Shown in pieces: positions 1 through 13,469 of a stretch of 64,000 nucleotides of DNA; positions within the stretch are counted from its first letter, which is position 1; each line of letters opens with the position of its first letter. Source of the DNA: Mobula hypostoma (Eukaryota); contig NC_086097.1 in NCBI RefSeq assembly GCF_963921235.1, positions 124,808,001 to 124,872,000 on the forward strand, given 5' to 3'. The notes under the pieces were generated by a model. The model ran no database searches, had not been told where the DNA came from, and saw nothing but the letters and a program-made list of their open reading frames with translations. A program made the translations under genes and the position numbers.

Positions 1-3000
1 AAGAGGAGGCAGCAAGGTTCACAACTGGAATATTGTGTTTAGTTTTGGTCACCACTACAGAAGTGAAATGATTGCTCTGGAGAGAGTGCAGAGAAGGTTT
101 GCCTGAGATTTACTGTCTTAGGAGAGACTGAGTGTCTTGGAACAGAGACGGCTGAAGGGGTAACCTGACAGAAGTACACAAATTTGAGGGGCATGGTAGA
201 CAAGGTAGGCATCATAAAGTCCACCCTTCCGTGATCTGAAAGCAGCTTCTTCTATAAACCCTTAGGTGTATGTTTGAAGCAACCGGCAAGATGTTTAAAT
301 GGGATACAAGGAAGATTCTGTTCAATGAAGCTGGTTGGAATTCAGAATGCAATGGAACTTAAAGGACATCTGTAGAGGCAGGTTTATTTTTTGAAAGCAG
401 CTGTTGGTATCTGGTGAATGATGACAGAGGTGGTGGAGTCGTATTATGTATAACAGGCAATTAAGACACTTAAATAGGCAAGACTCTGAAGGATCCCAAT
501 TCTAATGCAGGCAAATGAGATTAGCATGGATGGGGTAAATCACAGAGATGTAGTGGGTTGTAGAGACTGCCCTGTACAACCTTATGACTCTACAAAAACA
601 AAGGTGAAGGCAGAAACTCAACATTTATCTATCTAGATAAATGTTTGAATTGCCAAGGCATGGAAGGCTATGGTACGTGGAGGTAAATGAGATTAATGCA
701 GATGGGTACATGGTCACCACTGACAATTATGCTTAATGTTTTTAAAATGGTAACTTAATCAAAACCTTTAAAACTAAGTTCTCTCCCATGCTGCATAATA
801 CAAAGGAGCTATGACACATATGGCTCTTTCCCAGCTTTGAAAAGCAATGGAAGCTCCAAAATGACACCGTTTTCAGTGTGGCTGTCACATTAACCACATC
901 TCCTGCATCGATAAACACAAAGCTTGATGTGTTGAACTGCAGCTAAAACATTGGCGATAAACTTCACGTGTCCTTGAAACATTGCCACAAGCAATTCTGA
1001 TTTAGAAGGCACCTTTCTAGCTTATTTACTTAGTGATTTAACAGAGTGACACCAATTCCACCTTTTTAACTAGTTCTTTGTTACGTAACTCTTAGCCTTT
1101 TAAAAGATCCTCTAACATTCACTGATGTGCCCAAACTGTAATGACTCAAAATTGCCTTAACTTTTCAGACAACATGGTAAACACTTTCTAAACAAGAGGC
1201 TGCAAAATCAGTGTTTGCTACTATGATTCTTGATGGATTCAGAGAAAACAAGTTCCATTGCCTGGCAAAACAAATCCCTTGATGGCCCTTTGGGATTTGT
1301 AAACAGCTGTCGATATCTGGTGAACGATGCCAGAGGTGGTGGTGGAATTATATACATGTAGCAGGCATTTAGACACCTAAACAGGCAAGACACTGAAAGA
1401 TCCAAATTCTAATGCAGGCAAATGGATGGGGTAGTCCCAGCAATCCCAGCTGAACACCTACATCCTAGCAAAGATGCAAGCTTTAGGCAGGTGACCAAGT
1501 ACACTTTTCCCCACACAAAGCCTGACTGTCAATTTATATTCAGGAATTTTTACCTCCAGCCAAAAATGTGACAACCAATGCACAGCAAGCCATCAAAAAC
1601 ACCATCAGCTGGTGGCTCAGGTATGCACTCCTGTATCACAATCACAAATGCCCCACTTCCTACTGCAGCAATACAACTATAGAAACTCAATTAAAATCCC
1701 AGTTGGCAGACAAACTAAAAGGCAACAGAACCTAAGACAAGCAACACACATAAAAACTGCTGGTGAACGCAGCAGGCCAGGAAGCATCTATAGGAAGGGG
1801 TACAGTCGACGTTTCAGACCGACTAACTGAAAGAAGAGATAGTAAGAGATCTTACTACCAGCAATTTTTGTGTTGCTTGAAATTCCAGCATCTGCAGATT
1901 TCCCCGTGTTTGAGAATCTCAGGCAAAATGAGATTGATAATAAATGGCTATGACAAAAAGTATAAGACCATTTGCAAAGGTACATTGTGGTAGTGGTAAG
2001 ACTCTTATTCACAAGGTAGACAATGAGAAATCTGCAGTTAACAAACAAAAGGAAGAAAGCCATGGATTGCACAAGTTATGAAAATGATTATGTCAGCAGA
2101 AAGATTACCTTATTTATATTGCACGAGTTCTGTTAATGTACCTGGGGAAGTCGAACCAGGCAACAACTAGCAAGTTTATGGAACAGTAATCAAAAGGATT
2201 ATAAAAATGCATTTGCAAAAGGCAGCAGGGTGGGTAGTTAAGTAGAGTAGCAAAAGAGATACATGCCTTAAGGTTAGGCCTGGGAGAGTGAAGGAAAGGA
2301 AGTCATGGCAGAGTCATATTAGTGGTCCTCAAGAGGTATATTATTATGGTCACATTACAGAAGGGAAAATTAAGCATTTCCCTGACATTCATAATGGATG
2401 GATTTTTGATCTCTTAAAATAATATCCTTAGAGGGCTCAACACACTAGATGCTAGGATGATTTTCTCCCTAATTGAGGCAGCTAGAGCCAGAACAGAGTT
2501 CTCACCCGGAGGCCGAGCAACTCATTGGAATTATATACCCACGAGAGCTGTAGGGCTCTTCTGTTAAATACATTTTAGACAGATGGATCTTGAATGTAGA
2601 TTTGAATACAGATTTTGAAAATAAATTTATATTGAATATCGAAGGATAGAGGCAAAGACCAGCCCTAATATTCATAATGGCTGAGTAGTTTCAGGAGTCT
2701 TATTATATTCTTTATTATAGTCTTACTGAACTTGAGTATGTTGCTGGGGATGTTCACTTACTGATAAGGATAGAGAGGCTTGGTGTGGTTCTTAACTTGG
2801 AACAGGCAGTCAAGTTCAGACTTAAAACACAACTGACAATTGAGGAGCCTGGAAAGGACCTGTTTACCACAGCAGACATCAATAAGTAGAGTGTATAGAT
2901 TTAAGGTAGTAACATTAAGCATAGGTAATTGGATGGCTTTTCCTCTCCCATCCACCAGAAGTGTACGAGGTAGGAATCCTCAGCACATGGCAAAGACCAA

Positions 3001-5884
3001 GGCCATAAAGGAAAATTAGTTGGTGTAGCCTGTTTGGCCAGTATAAGCATGGACAAATAACCAACCTCAATCCAATGCATAAAACCTAGAAGGATGCTAT
3101 ATGCTTTTAAGTTTAATTGAGAATAAAGTGACAAGGTGTAGTTTAGTGAATAGTTCCTCATCACGTGTATAGTTTTGGCCTGAAATTCAAATATAAAAGG
3201 ATGTTATAGCAATTGAAAAGTTGTTCTCAATGCACAAAGCTAAATGACAGTGAAAAGAACAAAGCTGCAACGGTTATTAGCAGCAAAAGTTTTTGAGGAA
3301 GTCAGGTGAGGCAAAAGGTATAGTTGACATTTTAGGTCAGAACTGAGTATAAAGGCAAGAGAGCCAGTATAAAGAGGCAGGAGGAGGATGGGTGGTAAGA
3401 AAATGTGGAGATAGCCAGAGGTTGGGAGGTTGTAAGTGGAGATAAAGGGTTACATAATACCAAATTTATAAGGAAGGTGATGAATTGAGCCAAACAAGGG
3501 AAGGAAGGAAGGTACAAACAGAAGGGGAGGGGCAAGGAGGGGATCTGTTGGCTTGTGTGTGAGGGTAACAGGCAAAAGGATTGGGGAGGGGAGTAACCTA
3601 GGCTACAGGAGGCTGAGAAAGGTTTTGTAAAGTGGGTGTCAGCGGATCAGTGGATCAGAGGGAGAAAGGAACAGAAGGACATGGGTTACATGAAATTGGA
3701 GAATTCAATGTTTATGGCATTAGGTTGAAAATTGCTAGAAGAACAACCCCTCATACTTATTGGGTAAATATTATTTTTATTGATGTAATCATTCAATGTT
3801 TCATAGAAGGCAATATGGAATAACTGAACCTAAAATAGTATTTTTTTTTAACATGTGGATTCAATAAAGTGCTGTAACCTCGGCATACTTGTGCAAGGCT
3901 ATCTCTGATAGTCCAGATTGAAGATACATGGATCTCAGATTACCAAGATGAGAAACAGCCAAAGTCATTGATCCTATTCAATACAGCTCTTTTGGCTCGA
4001 AGGAAAATAAATTCAGTTTCATTCCTATCCAATATTCCCATACCAGTAAAAGGAACATACAGTACTAAATCTTGAAATATTTTAGCCTACATGTACCAGG
4101 AATCAATCTTCCAAAAGTTGTTTTTTCTACTAACTATACTGCCAGAGCTAAAGAAACATTGATCAAGCTACCTGGACATTAACTACATTCCAGTCACAAG
4201 TGGAACTTAAGAGTTTGCTCCCCAACTATATATCAAAACCTTACAATAGTTGTAATAAATGCAGTCTCATTAGAACCACCCCGGATCAAGTGTATGGTCC
4301 CAAAACATTAGTACAAAACAGCAGGGTTGTCCATTAGTTCGGCATTAAAATAAGAATCAATTCCTATCCCACTAACACAAAACTATTTCTCTTCTTTAAT
4401 TTTACCCAAATTAACACGCAAGCTAATTGACTGGAAAATTGAAAGCAGACATTTTTGGTTGAAGCAATAAATGGCAAAAGTGATCCTTCAGTTGTATCAA
4501 TGTCTTAACTGCAGAACTATCACTACCTAAAATTTGAAGTCTTTTAAAAGCTCAAGTCCAAATGACCAAATATCCCCCTCCTCATTATTCTGCTCCTCCT
4601 GTTGCACACTCTCCCAAAAAAATAGCTACCGGGGCTCCTGCCATGGTTAACCATAGACTACTGCCATAACATTTGCCCCAATAAAATGGTACCTTCTGAC
4701 AAAAATAAGCCAGGTGTAGTACTATCCATATTAAATTTGGGGCATATTCAGTGGTCTGTCTACATCTGAAATTCCCACGAGAATTGCATTATATCAAGAG
4801 AAACAACTTGGAAGCTAGTTGGATTTACTGCACTGGGTTTGACTTGGGGTGAAAATATTTATGGAAGTCAAGTACAAAAATTTTAGGTAGTAACCCAGAA
4901 TTTTCATTCAGCCTGAGTGAAATGATCAAGAAGATGCCGGAATGTGAATCTCAATAGCAATTTTAGCATTTATTACCCACCCTTGACTGCCTCAGTTTGG
5001 GAAGAATAAAGAATCAACCACTCTGGAGAGCCTGCAGTCACATGGGCCAAACACTAGTACCTAACTGGGTTTCATTTCACGTCACCATTTCCAAGATTAG
5101 CCCTTCCTTAAAAATTTCACTTTTGTTTAATTACTTGAACCTAAATTCTTCAGCTGCATGGTAGAATTTGAAATCAAGAGATTAACTGAGCCAATTTACT
5201 GCAGTGAGGAGTGATCTTATTGATACAAACAAGATCCCAAAGACAATGAATACTAGAGAGAGTCTCAATCAAGGAGAAAGCCATTTGAAACCATGTATAA
5301 ATGTTCCTTTTTGCAGGTACAGATCTCCAGAATTCTCAATTCCATAGGATTGTGGAGGGCTGTTCACTGGATGGATTTAAAGTAGACATTCTCTCTCCCC
5401 GCACCCCCAAAAAGACCAGGGAACTGAAGGATGTGGAGCCGGCACAGGAGGGCCACAATTTAGGACCAATAAGTCATGGGTATACTGATGGCCAAGTGGT
5501 CTACTCTTGCTCTCCTCCTCTCCCCCACCCCCCACACTGCCAACATCAATGATCCGAACTGACTGCAAAGTAAACTCAATGACAACCCTTAAAATACCAA
5601 GCCCCATTTTACAGAACTGTTGTGCAAAAGCCTGAACTTTCCATCGGGTTTTGGACACATGAATAATTCACATTTGGGTTAACCAGTACATGGAAATGAA
5701 CCACAGACCCACTTATGAAACACGTAGAATATGTCATTAGTTTCAATAATAGATTTACTACATATTCAAAACAACAATTATATAGAATATTGTCTAAATA
5801 TTAGCTGCTACATTGAAACTGCAATTCTCATGCATAAACTTCTGCTTTTAGTAACTCATCCCAATATTTCACATTTCAACATAC

Positions 5885-6008
5885 CTTTCTTGTCATCACC
5901 AGAAGCCACTTCAGCTAAGTAACGATAGTAATCTCCCTTCATTTTCAAATAGAAAACTCTGCTCTCTGGAGAACTAGCATTGGCAATCAAGTATTTATCA
6001 AGAAGACC
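5885..6008 (-). CDS. ywhaz: 14-3-3 protein, second coding exon (124 nt, aa 99-139 plus 1 nt)
   Basis: Read by hand: acceptor tttacttcaatttaacag|, then [41 protein letters not shown], then donor AAG|GTATGT. It is in phase with the upstream exon, has the conserved 124-nt length and keeps K120, R127 and Y128. Absent from the ORF track. Confidence 0.95.
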
Positions 6009-7119
6009 CTGTTAAATTGAAGTAAAGACAAAGATTAAAAGCCCAGCACTACAAGCTTTCACGTCTCAAAATTTTAGATTCACAATGCATTCCACATTGC
6101 ACAGAATTCAAACATGAAATTAGAAAATTCAAGCTCAATAAAGCATTTTCTTACAACATAGAAGTACTGGATTACAGTGCAGATGCATTAGGAAGCATTA
6201 GCATACCCGAAACAGCACTACATTGCCATGAGGTAATGCTCACTTTCACTTTAAGGAGCTCAAGTCCAGTATTTCCAGAACCACAGGTATTCGTCACAAT
6301 AATCACACAAGTCGAGCACCCAACTTATTGGTTTATTTGGCGATATCCAAGCTCCATCACACATTACTCCTTGGCTGCTGGGCAATCATTCTTAATTGTT
6401 CAAATAATGTTAAATAAAGATCATGGTCTTAATTTGACAATTTGTATGATACAGTTCATTAGTGAGGAATGCCCACTAACAAATTGAACTCCATACTATA
6501 AACAGATATACAGGTGACATAATGGGCTAGATACATTAAGCAGCATGAACAGCCAAACCACCTTGCAGAACTATATTAGCATAATTTTGGAAAGCAAAGT
6601 TTGTGACCTTATGCACCCAATGGTATTAGAACTGTATTGAACACTTAAGATTTAACAGCATTCACCTTACTATGCTCTTTATTCAGACAGAAGGATAACC
6701 ACGGTAGCATTCTCTCAAAGCCCGCATAATAGAAGCCATCTTCAGTTAATTTAACACCGCACTTTATTAATGACCAACAACAGCACAAAGGCTATGGGAT
6801 CAGAGAATATACCTTAAGTTGTAGTACTGAAGACTTGCACACACTAAGTTGCTCCAACACAAATATGTAAAAAGTTAGCCACTCACATCCCATCCAGGGG
6901 AAAAAAAAATCCAATTTGGCTAGCTAGCACCTGTCTCAGTCAAGGTGATGATATGCCTTACCACATAGCAGCAACTCTTCACAATTTGCTGACCAATATT
7001 CAGTAAGTTTCACCAGAAATCAGCAGAGCTCCAGAAGTCAATGTCTGTCCACGTGTCTGGTAAAAGTGAGATGAATGGACATAACCAAAAAGAAAGCAAT
7101 CCAAAAGTTGGAATTCTTT

Positions 7120-8338
7120 GGAGGAAATAGGCAACAAGGAAGTCAATGAGAGTTACTGGATGTTGTTTACTTGTATTTTCAGAAAGTCTTTGACAAGGTG
7201 CCACATGCAAGACTACTAAACAAGAGGGAGAAGCAGAGTGAAGAAAAAAAGGGGGCCTATTCTGGTTGACTGCAGGTGACTAGTGGTGTTCCACAGGGGT
7301 TGGTGTTGGGTCTGCAACTTTTCATATTACACATTATTGATTTTGGTGGCAGAATTGATAATTTTATGGCCAAGTCTGCAGATAATACAATGATAGATGG
7401 ATGGTGTCGAGGGAGCAGTGAGTCTGCAGGACATAGATTAGGAGAATAGGCAAAGAAATGGCAGATGGAATAGTGTAGAGAAGTTTCTGGACGTGCACTT
7501 CAGTAAAAAAAAAGCATAAACTGATTTCTAAACCGGGGTTCTCACCTATTTTATGCCATGGACCCTTACCATTAACAGAGGGGTCCATGGAACCCAGGTT
7601 GGGAACCCCTGCTCTAAATGGGGAGAAATTTAAAAAAATTTGAGGTGTAAGGGGATTTGGGGTTCCTCATACTAGATCCCCGAAAGGTCAGCTTGCGGAT
7701 TGCATTGCCAGCAAGGAAGACAAATGCACTGGTCATATTCATTCCCAGAGTGCTAGAATATAAAATAATGCAACGCTGAGGCTTTCCAAGGCATTGGTCA
7801 GACCACTTCCGGTGTATTGTGAGCAGTTCTGGGCCTCATTTAAGAAAGAATGTGCTGATATTGGAGTGAGTCCAGAGGTTTAATAGAATAATTCCAGTAA
7901 GAGTTAACATACAAGGACCATTTGATGGCTTTGGGCCTATACTCACTGAAGTTTAGAGAATAGGGGTGGGGGGTGGGGGGGAAGAGATCTGATTGAAGCC
8001 TATCACATATTGTAAGGCCTAGATTCCACTAGTGAGAAAGTCAAGGACGAGAGAGGGGGCAAAGCCTCAGAACGGAAGACTAACCCTTAGAAAAGAGATG
8101 AGGAATTTCATTAGGTGGTGAATCTGTGGAATACTTTGATAGATGGCCGTAGAGACTAAGTCAGTGGGTACATTTAAAGCAGAGGCTGATAAGTTCTTGA
8201 TTAGCCAGGGCTTCAAAGGCAACGGGAAGGAGGCAGAATGGGGTTGCAATGGAAAAATGTATCAGACATGATTGAATGGCACAGTAGACTTGATCAGCCA
8301 AATGGCCTAATTCTGCTTCTGTCTTGTGGTCTTGTATC
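7120..8338 (+). mobile_element. CR1 LINE 3' portion, degraded
   Basis: CR1 RT-region relics (TTTGACAAGGTGCCACAT, AGTGGTGTTCCACAGGG, GTCAGACCAC) and tail GGCCTAATTCTGCTTCT. Confidence 0.8.
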
Positions 8339-8344
8339 TCAAGC

Positions 8345-9125
8345 AAAAGGAGATGGTTGTGATTACATAGGACAATTTTCAAGTGTTGTTTGCCTAGAAT
8401 TTTTTGTTTATGATAGACCAGTTGAAGCTGAACATAATTTTAGACTATTTGTATCAAAATTTGGCGAAACAAAATTAATTTTTGAATATAATGTGCTGAA
8501 TTGCATAACAGTACCGACACCTTGCAATATTTCAACTAAGCTAAGAATGTTTTGTTGATTTTCATTTGTACTCAGTGCCCGAGGCTTCTCACTTAACTGT
8601 CTAACAATCATCCAGCATTGACAAGATTCTAGTTGCCCCGATACCGTTTCTCCATGACCGCAATGTCTTGGTAAAGCCTTTCACCATGCTCATTATTGAC
8701 AGCGCCAAGATTTGCAGGAAAGAGATCTAAACAGGAATGCAGAAAATTAATCTTTAGTGGCATGTTGCACTTCAAGGTTTTGTATGCTTGAAGCATATTG
8801 TCAACCAGCTGCAAGTAATTTGGGGCTCTAAAGTTGCTAAGAAAATATTCAACAGCATCCTTGAATACCTTCTATGCGATTTTCTCCGGTTTCACTAGAA
8901 GTTGTTTGAACTGCCTGTTATTGATGGCCTGTTTCATTTGTGGATGAACAAAAATACCTTCCTTAATCTTGGCATTAGTTATTCGAAGTTAAATTATGAA
9001 TTGAAATTACAAATACAGGCGATTATAAAAAAAGGTGAATGATTGGGAAATTTCATGGTGATTTTCATGATCAGGACCTCAAAATCCATTATACACTCAG
9101 GAAGTAAAACTTTCATTGCCCAGTT
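8345..9125 (-). mobile_element. Chapaev3-like DNA transposon remnant, internally deleted
   Basis: Minus-strand peptide ITNAKIKEGIFVHPQ...NYLQLVDNMLQAYKTLKCNMPLKINFLHSCLDLFPANLGAVNNEHGERLYQDIAVMEKRYRGN. Terminus-like TTGCCCAGT ends at 9124. Superfamily assigned from remembered motifs; left boundary uncertain. Confidence 0.65.
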
Positions 9126-9789
9126 ATTGGAGTACAAGCACCCGAATGAGAACAGTGCTATCAACAACCTCCTCCCCTCCGCACCCCCCCACCACATCCA
9201 TTAAAGTCAGAAGCAAGAATGCTCAATACTATTCACTGCTTCTCAGCAAATGAAATTCCGTACTGCACATTGTAAGACCACGTACTATTCAGGAATAGGA
9301 TGATAGTACAGATGAATGAATGGATGAAGGAGTGGCGCAGGGGGTAAGGTTTCAGATTTCTGGATCATTGGGATCTCATCTGAGGAAGGCATGACCAAAG
9401 ACTCAAGTTAACACTGCAGACAACAGAAAACCATCAAAAAGTTGCCTAAAGACACAGGACTGTAAACCAGTCTAGATTTGTACTTGTTTAAATATTTGTG
9501 AAATAAAAAGTACCAAAGTTTTAGTTTTATTTCTCCTAGGGCATATAAACCAAGTTTAACAATGAGAAATAATGGTTCCTCTTAATGACTGTTTTAAAGT
9601 TTAATGCAGATGGAGAGTTCTCAGCAATTGTAAACTACATTTTTATTTAAATGTGCAACACATATGACCCTGATTCTTTCATCCTCAAATGTTAATAAAA
9701 ACAAAGATCAAGGATACCTAAAGAATTGAGACAAGAACAAGACTATGGTTGTGTCCTGTGTAACAAAAAAAATCCCAAAGGTTACTCAG

Positions 9790-10095
9790 CAGAAATTCTG
9801 CTTTGACTGATCACAACTGCAGAAATTAAGTGGTCTGTTAACTGGTATTACAGGGAAGGCACTAGCATGAACAGAGATTGGCTGACTGTGGGAATAGAGG
9901 CCTTTTTCTGGTTGGCTCCTGGCAATTAGTGGTGTTTTGCAGGGCTTGGTGTTGCATCTGCTACTTTTCACATTATGCTAATGATCTGATGGTTTCAAGG
10001 CTAGACTTGCAATGAAAAAGATAGGTGGAAGGGCAGGAGGGGTGAGGAAGCAGGAGTCTGCTGAAAGACAGATTAGAAGAATAGACAAGTATGTA
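9790..10095 (+). mobile_element. CR1 LINE fragment
   Basis: ATTAGTGGTGTTTTGCAGGGCTTGGTGTTG and AAGATAGGTGGAAGGGCAGG are homologous to the other CR1 copies. Confidence 0.6.
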
Positions 10096-10129
10096 GCAGA
10101 TGGAAAACTGTTATCCCAACGAGTCAGTG

Positions 10130-11915
10130 TTGAACCATGAATCTGCCAAGTCTCATCAACCTGCACCTGGACCACTGCTCTCCATAGCCCTCCCATCACC
10201 CCACCCCCATCAATCCAGATTTCTCTTAAATGCTGAAATTGAACCTATATCCACCACCTGCACTGGCAGCTCATTCCATACTCATGCCACTCCGAGTTAA
10301 GAACTTCCCGCTCATGTTGTCCTTAAACATTCCACCTTTTACCCTTAACCCATGCTCTCTAGTTGTAGTCTCACCCAACTTCAGTGGAAAAAGCTTGCTT
10401 GTGTTTACCCTATCTATGCACCTCTTAATTTTGTATACCTCTATCAAATCCCCATTCGATATTCCCTCGAACATACAAGTCCTAACCTAATTAACCTTTC
10501 CTTATAAATCAGGCCAAGTCCTGGCAACATCTTCCTAAATTTTCTCGGCACTCAGTCTTTACATCTTTCCTGCAGGTAGGTGAATAAAACCACATACAAT
10601 ACTCCAAATTAGGGCTCCCCAACATCCAATACAATTTCAACATTCCAACTCCTGTACTCAATACATTGATTTATGAAAGCCAATATGCCAAAAGCTTTCC
10701 TTACTCCTGATCTACCAATCATGCCTGTTTCAGTAACCATGGATCTGTATACCCAGATCCTTCTGATCTACCACACTCCTCAGTACCCTGCTGCTCACTA
10801 TGCAAGACCTATCCTGGTTGGTCCTCCCAGAGTTCAACACCTTACGTGTCTGCATTAAATTTATCTGCCATTTTCCCAACTGGTCCAGATCCTGCTGCAA
10901 GCTTTGATAGTTTTTCTTGCTATCCACTACACTCCCAATCTTTGCGTTCAACAAATCTGCTGATCCAGTTTACTACATCATCCAGATCTTTGATATAGAT
11001 AACAAAACAATGGACCCAGCACTGACCCCTGGAGCACATACTTGCAGAGAAGCAACCATCTACTACCACTCTCTGGCTTCTTCTGCAAAGCTAGTGTCTA
11101 ATACAATTTTATCTTGAATCCTCATCTTGAATGCTAAGCAACTGAATCTTCTTGACTGACCTCCCAGGTGGGACAACATCCACTGCCTTGCCTTCAACTT
11201 TCTCAGTAGCTTCCTTGAAAAATTCTATGGTTGGTTAGCCATGTTGACCATTCCTAATCAGTCTCTGTCTATCCAAATACTTGTATATTCAGTCCTTTAG
11301 AATACTTTTCAATACGGATGTCAGGTTAATGGCCTATAATTTTCTATTTTATTTTTAGAGCCTTTCTTAAAACAATGGAACATTAGCTATCCCCTATCAT
11401 CTAACCCCTCACCTGTGGCTAAGGGTATTTTAAATATCTCTGGTAGGGCCATGAGCTTCTGCACTAGCCTCCCACAGGGTACAAGGGAACACCTTGTCAG
11501 GCTCTGGGGATTTATCCACCCTAATTTGTCTCAAGACTGCAAACATTGTCTCCCCTGTAATCTGTTTAGGATCCATGATCTTACTGCTTTCCCTTTCTAT
11601 AGATTGTCCATTTCCCAAATAAATCTATAAGATGTCCCCTATCTCTTTCAGGTCCATGCATACATCACCATTCTGATCTTCTACAGGACCAATTTTGACC
11701 CTTAATATCTTTTCTCTTAATATATCTGTAGAAGCCCTGAGGGTTCTCTTTCACTTTGTCTGCTAGAGCAACATCAAGCATTCTAAGCCCTCCTGACTTT
11801 CCTTCATTTGTTCCTAACTGCCTATACCTGCTATGCACCTTTTTCTTAACCAGAGCCTCAATCTCTCTCAAAAATCCAAGTTCCCTAAACCTGTTATCCT
11901 TGCTTTTTATTTGTA
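10130..11915 (-). mobile_element. CR1 LINE, degraded
   Basis: Peptides GDLIEVYKI...DRVN...LFPL...TREHGLRVKGG, LQQDLDQLGKW and IRVDKSPEPD. Confidence 0.85.
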
Positions 11916-11924
11916 CAGGATTCC

Positions 11925-12560
11925 TAAAGGGTTAATTTGCAGGTTGCATTGCAAGTTGAGGAAGGCAAATGCAATGTTAGCATTCATTTCATAAAGATAT
12001 GAGGCTAAGGCCTTAAAGCATTTGGCAGACCAAATCTGGAGTATCATAAGCAACTTTGGGCACCATATCTAAGAACAGATGTGCTGTCATTGGAAAGGGT
12101 CCTGAGAAGGTTTACGAGAATGATCGGAAGAATGAAAGGGTTAATACATGAGCATTTGTTAGTCTGGGCTTGTACTTGCTGGAGTTACAAATGAAGAGGG
12201 AACCTCATTGAAATCTACCAAATATTGAAAGGCCGAGATAGAATGGACGGGGGAAGAATGTTTTCCATAGTCTACGTCTATGGTACAGCCTCAAAATAGA
12301 AGGATGTCTCATTGCAGATGAGGAATTTCTTAAGAGGTGGTGATTCTGTGGAATTCACTGCCACAGATGGCTGCAGAGACCAAATCATTGGGTACATTTA
12401 AAGCAGAGGTTGACAAGATTCTTGATTAGTAAGGGCATCAAAAGTTACAGGAGAAGGCAGGAGAATGGGTTTGAGAAAGATAATAATCAGCCATGATCAA
12501 ATGATAGAGCAGACTCAATGGGCCAAATGGCCTAATTCTGCTCCCATGTCTTACGGTCTT
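11925..12560 (+). mobile_element. CR1 LINE 3' end
   Basis: AGGAAGGCAAATGCAATGTTAGCATTCATTTC through to the tail GGCCTAATTCTGCTCCCATGTCTTACGGTCT. Confidence 0.85.
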
Positions 12561-13194
12561 ACTCACTACTGTACATGTATCACTTAGTCTACGTTTTCTC
12601 CAAAATACATTTTAACCTGATATGGGCAAGTACATGTATCAATTTTGTTAAATTTGCATAGTAGGGAAAAAGTCTTTAGTTTTTATGGACATGGAATAGA
12701 ACATGGATTTACTGTACCTACACTGTACAATGAACTTTGCACATTCTTTCTGACAATGGACTGATTGGGTCAAATATTTCCCACAATCAAATGGTTAATT
12801 GGGCACAGACTCCAGCACCGTTGCACAACAGCCGCAGTTTCCTCTGTCTGTAACATGCAGTCCAGCATCTCAAGTCTCCTTAGACAGCACCTACCAAACC
12901 AACACCTTATCAGCTAGAATGACAAAGACAGCAAGGAAAAGGATCACCTCCAAACCACACAGCATTTTGACTTGGAAATATTCCCATTCTTTCAGTGGGT
13001 CAAAATCCTGGAACCTTGCTCTTAACAACACTGTGGAAGAAAGGGAAGGAGGCACAAGAGGGAGGTGATAGACAGGCGAGGAGAAAGTGAAAGTGTGGAG
13101 ACAGAATGGAAAGAAGGGGAAAGGGGGGCGGAGGGGGAATTACAAGTTACAGAATTCAATCTAACCTGATGAAATTACTTTTGGCAATTTCTCC

Positions 13195-13469
13195 CCATCT
13201 GTGGCAATGAATTCCACAGAATCACCACCTCTTAAGAAATTCCTCATCTGCAATGAGACATCCTTCTATTTTGAGGCTGTACCATAGTCGTAGACTATGG
13301 AAAACATTCTTCCCCCGTCCATTCTATCTCGGCCTTCCAATATTAGGTAGGTTTCAATGAGATTCCCTCTTCATTTGTAACTCCAGCAAGTACAAGCCCA
13401 GACTAACAAATGCTCATGTATTAACCCTTTCATTCTTCCGATCATTCTCGTAAACCTTCTCAGGACCCT
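13195..13469 (-). repeat. Inverted duplicate of 12096-12370
   Basis: Aligned by eye: 275 bp, 6 substitutions, no indels. Confidence 0.93.

Noticed and set aside
1..5884. 14-3-3 exon 4 onward (HPIRLGLALNFSVFYYEI)
   Set aside because: Searched the minus strand by eye and did not find it. It probably lies beyond the left edge, though a miss is possible.
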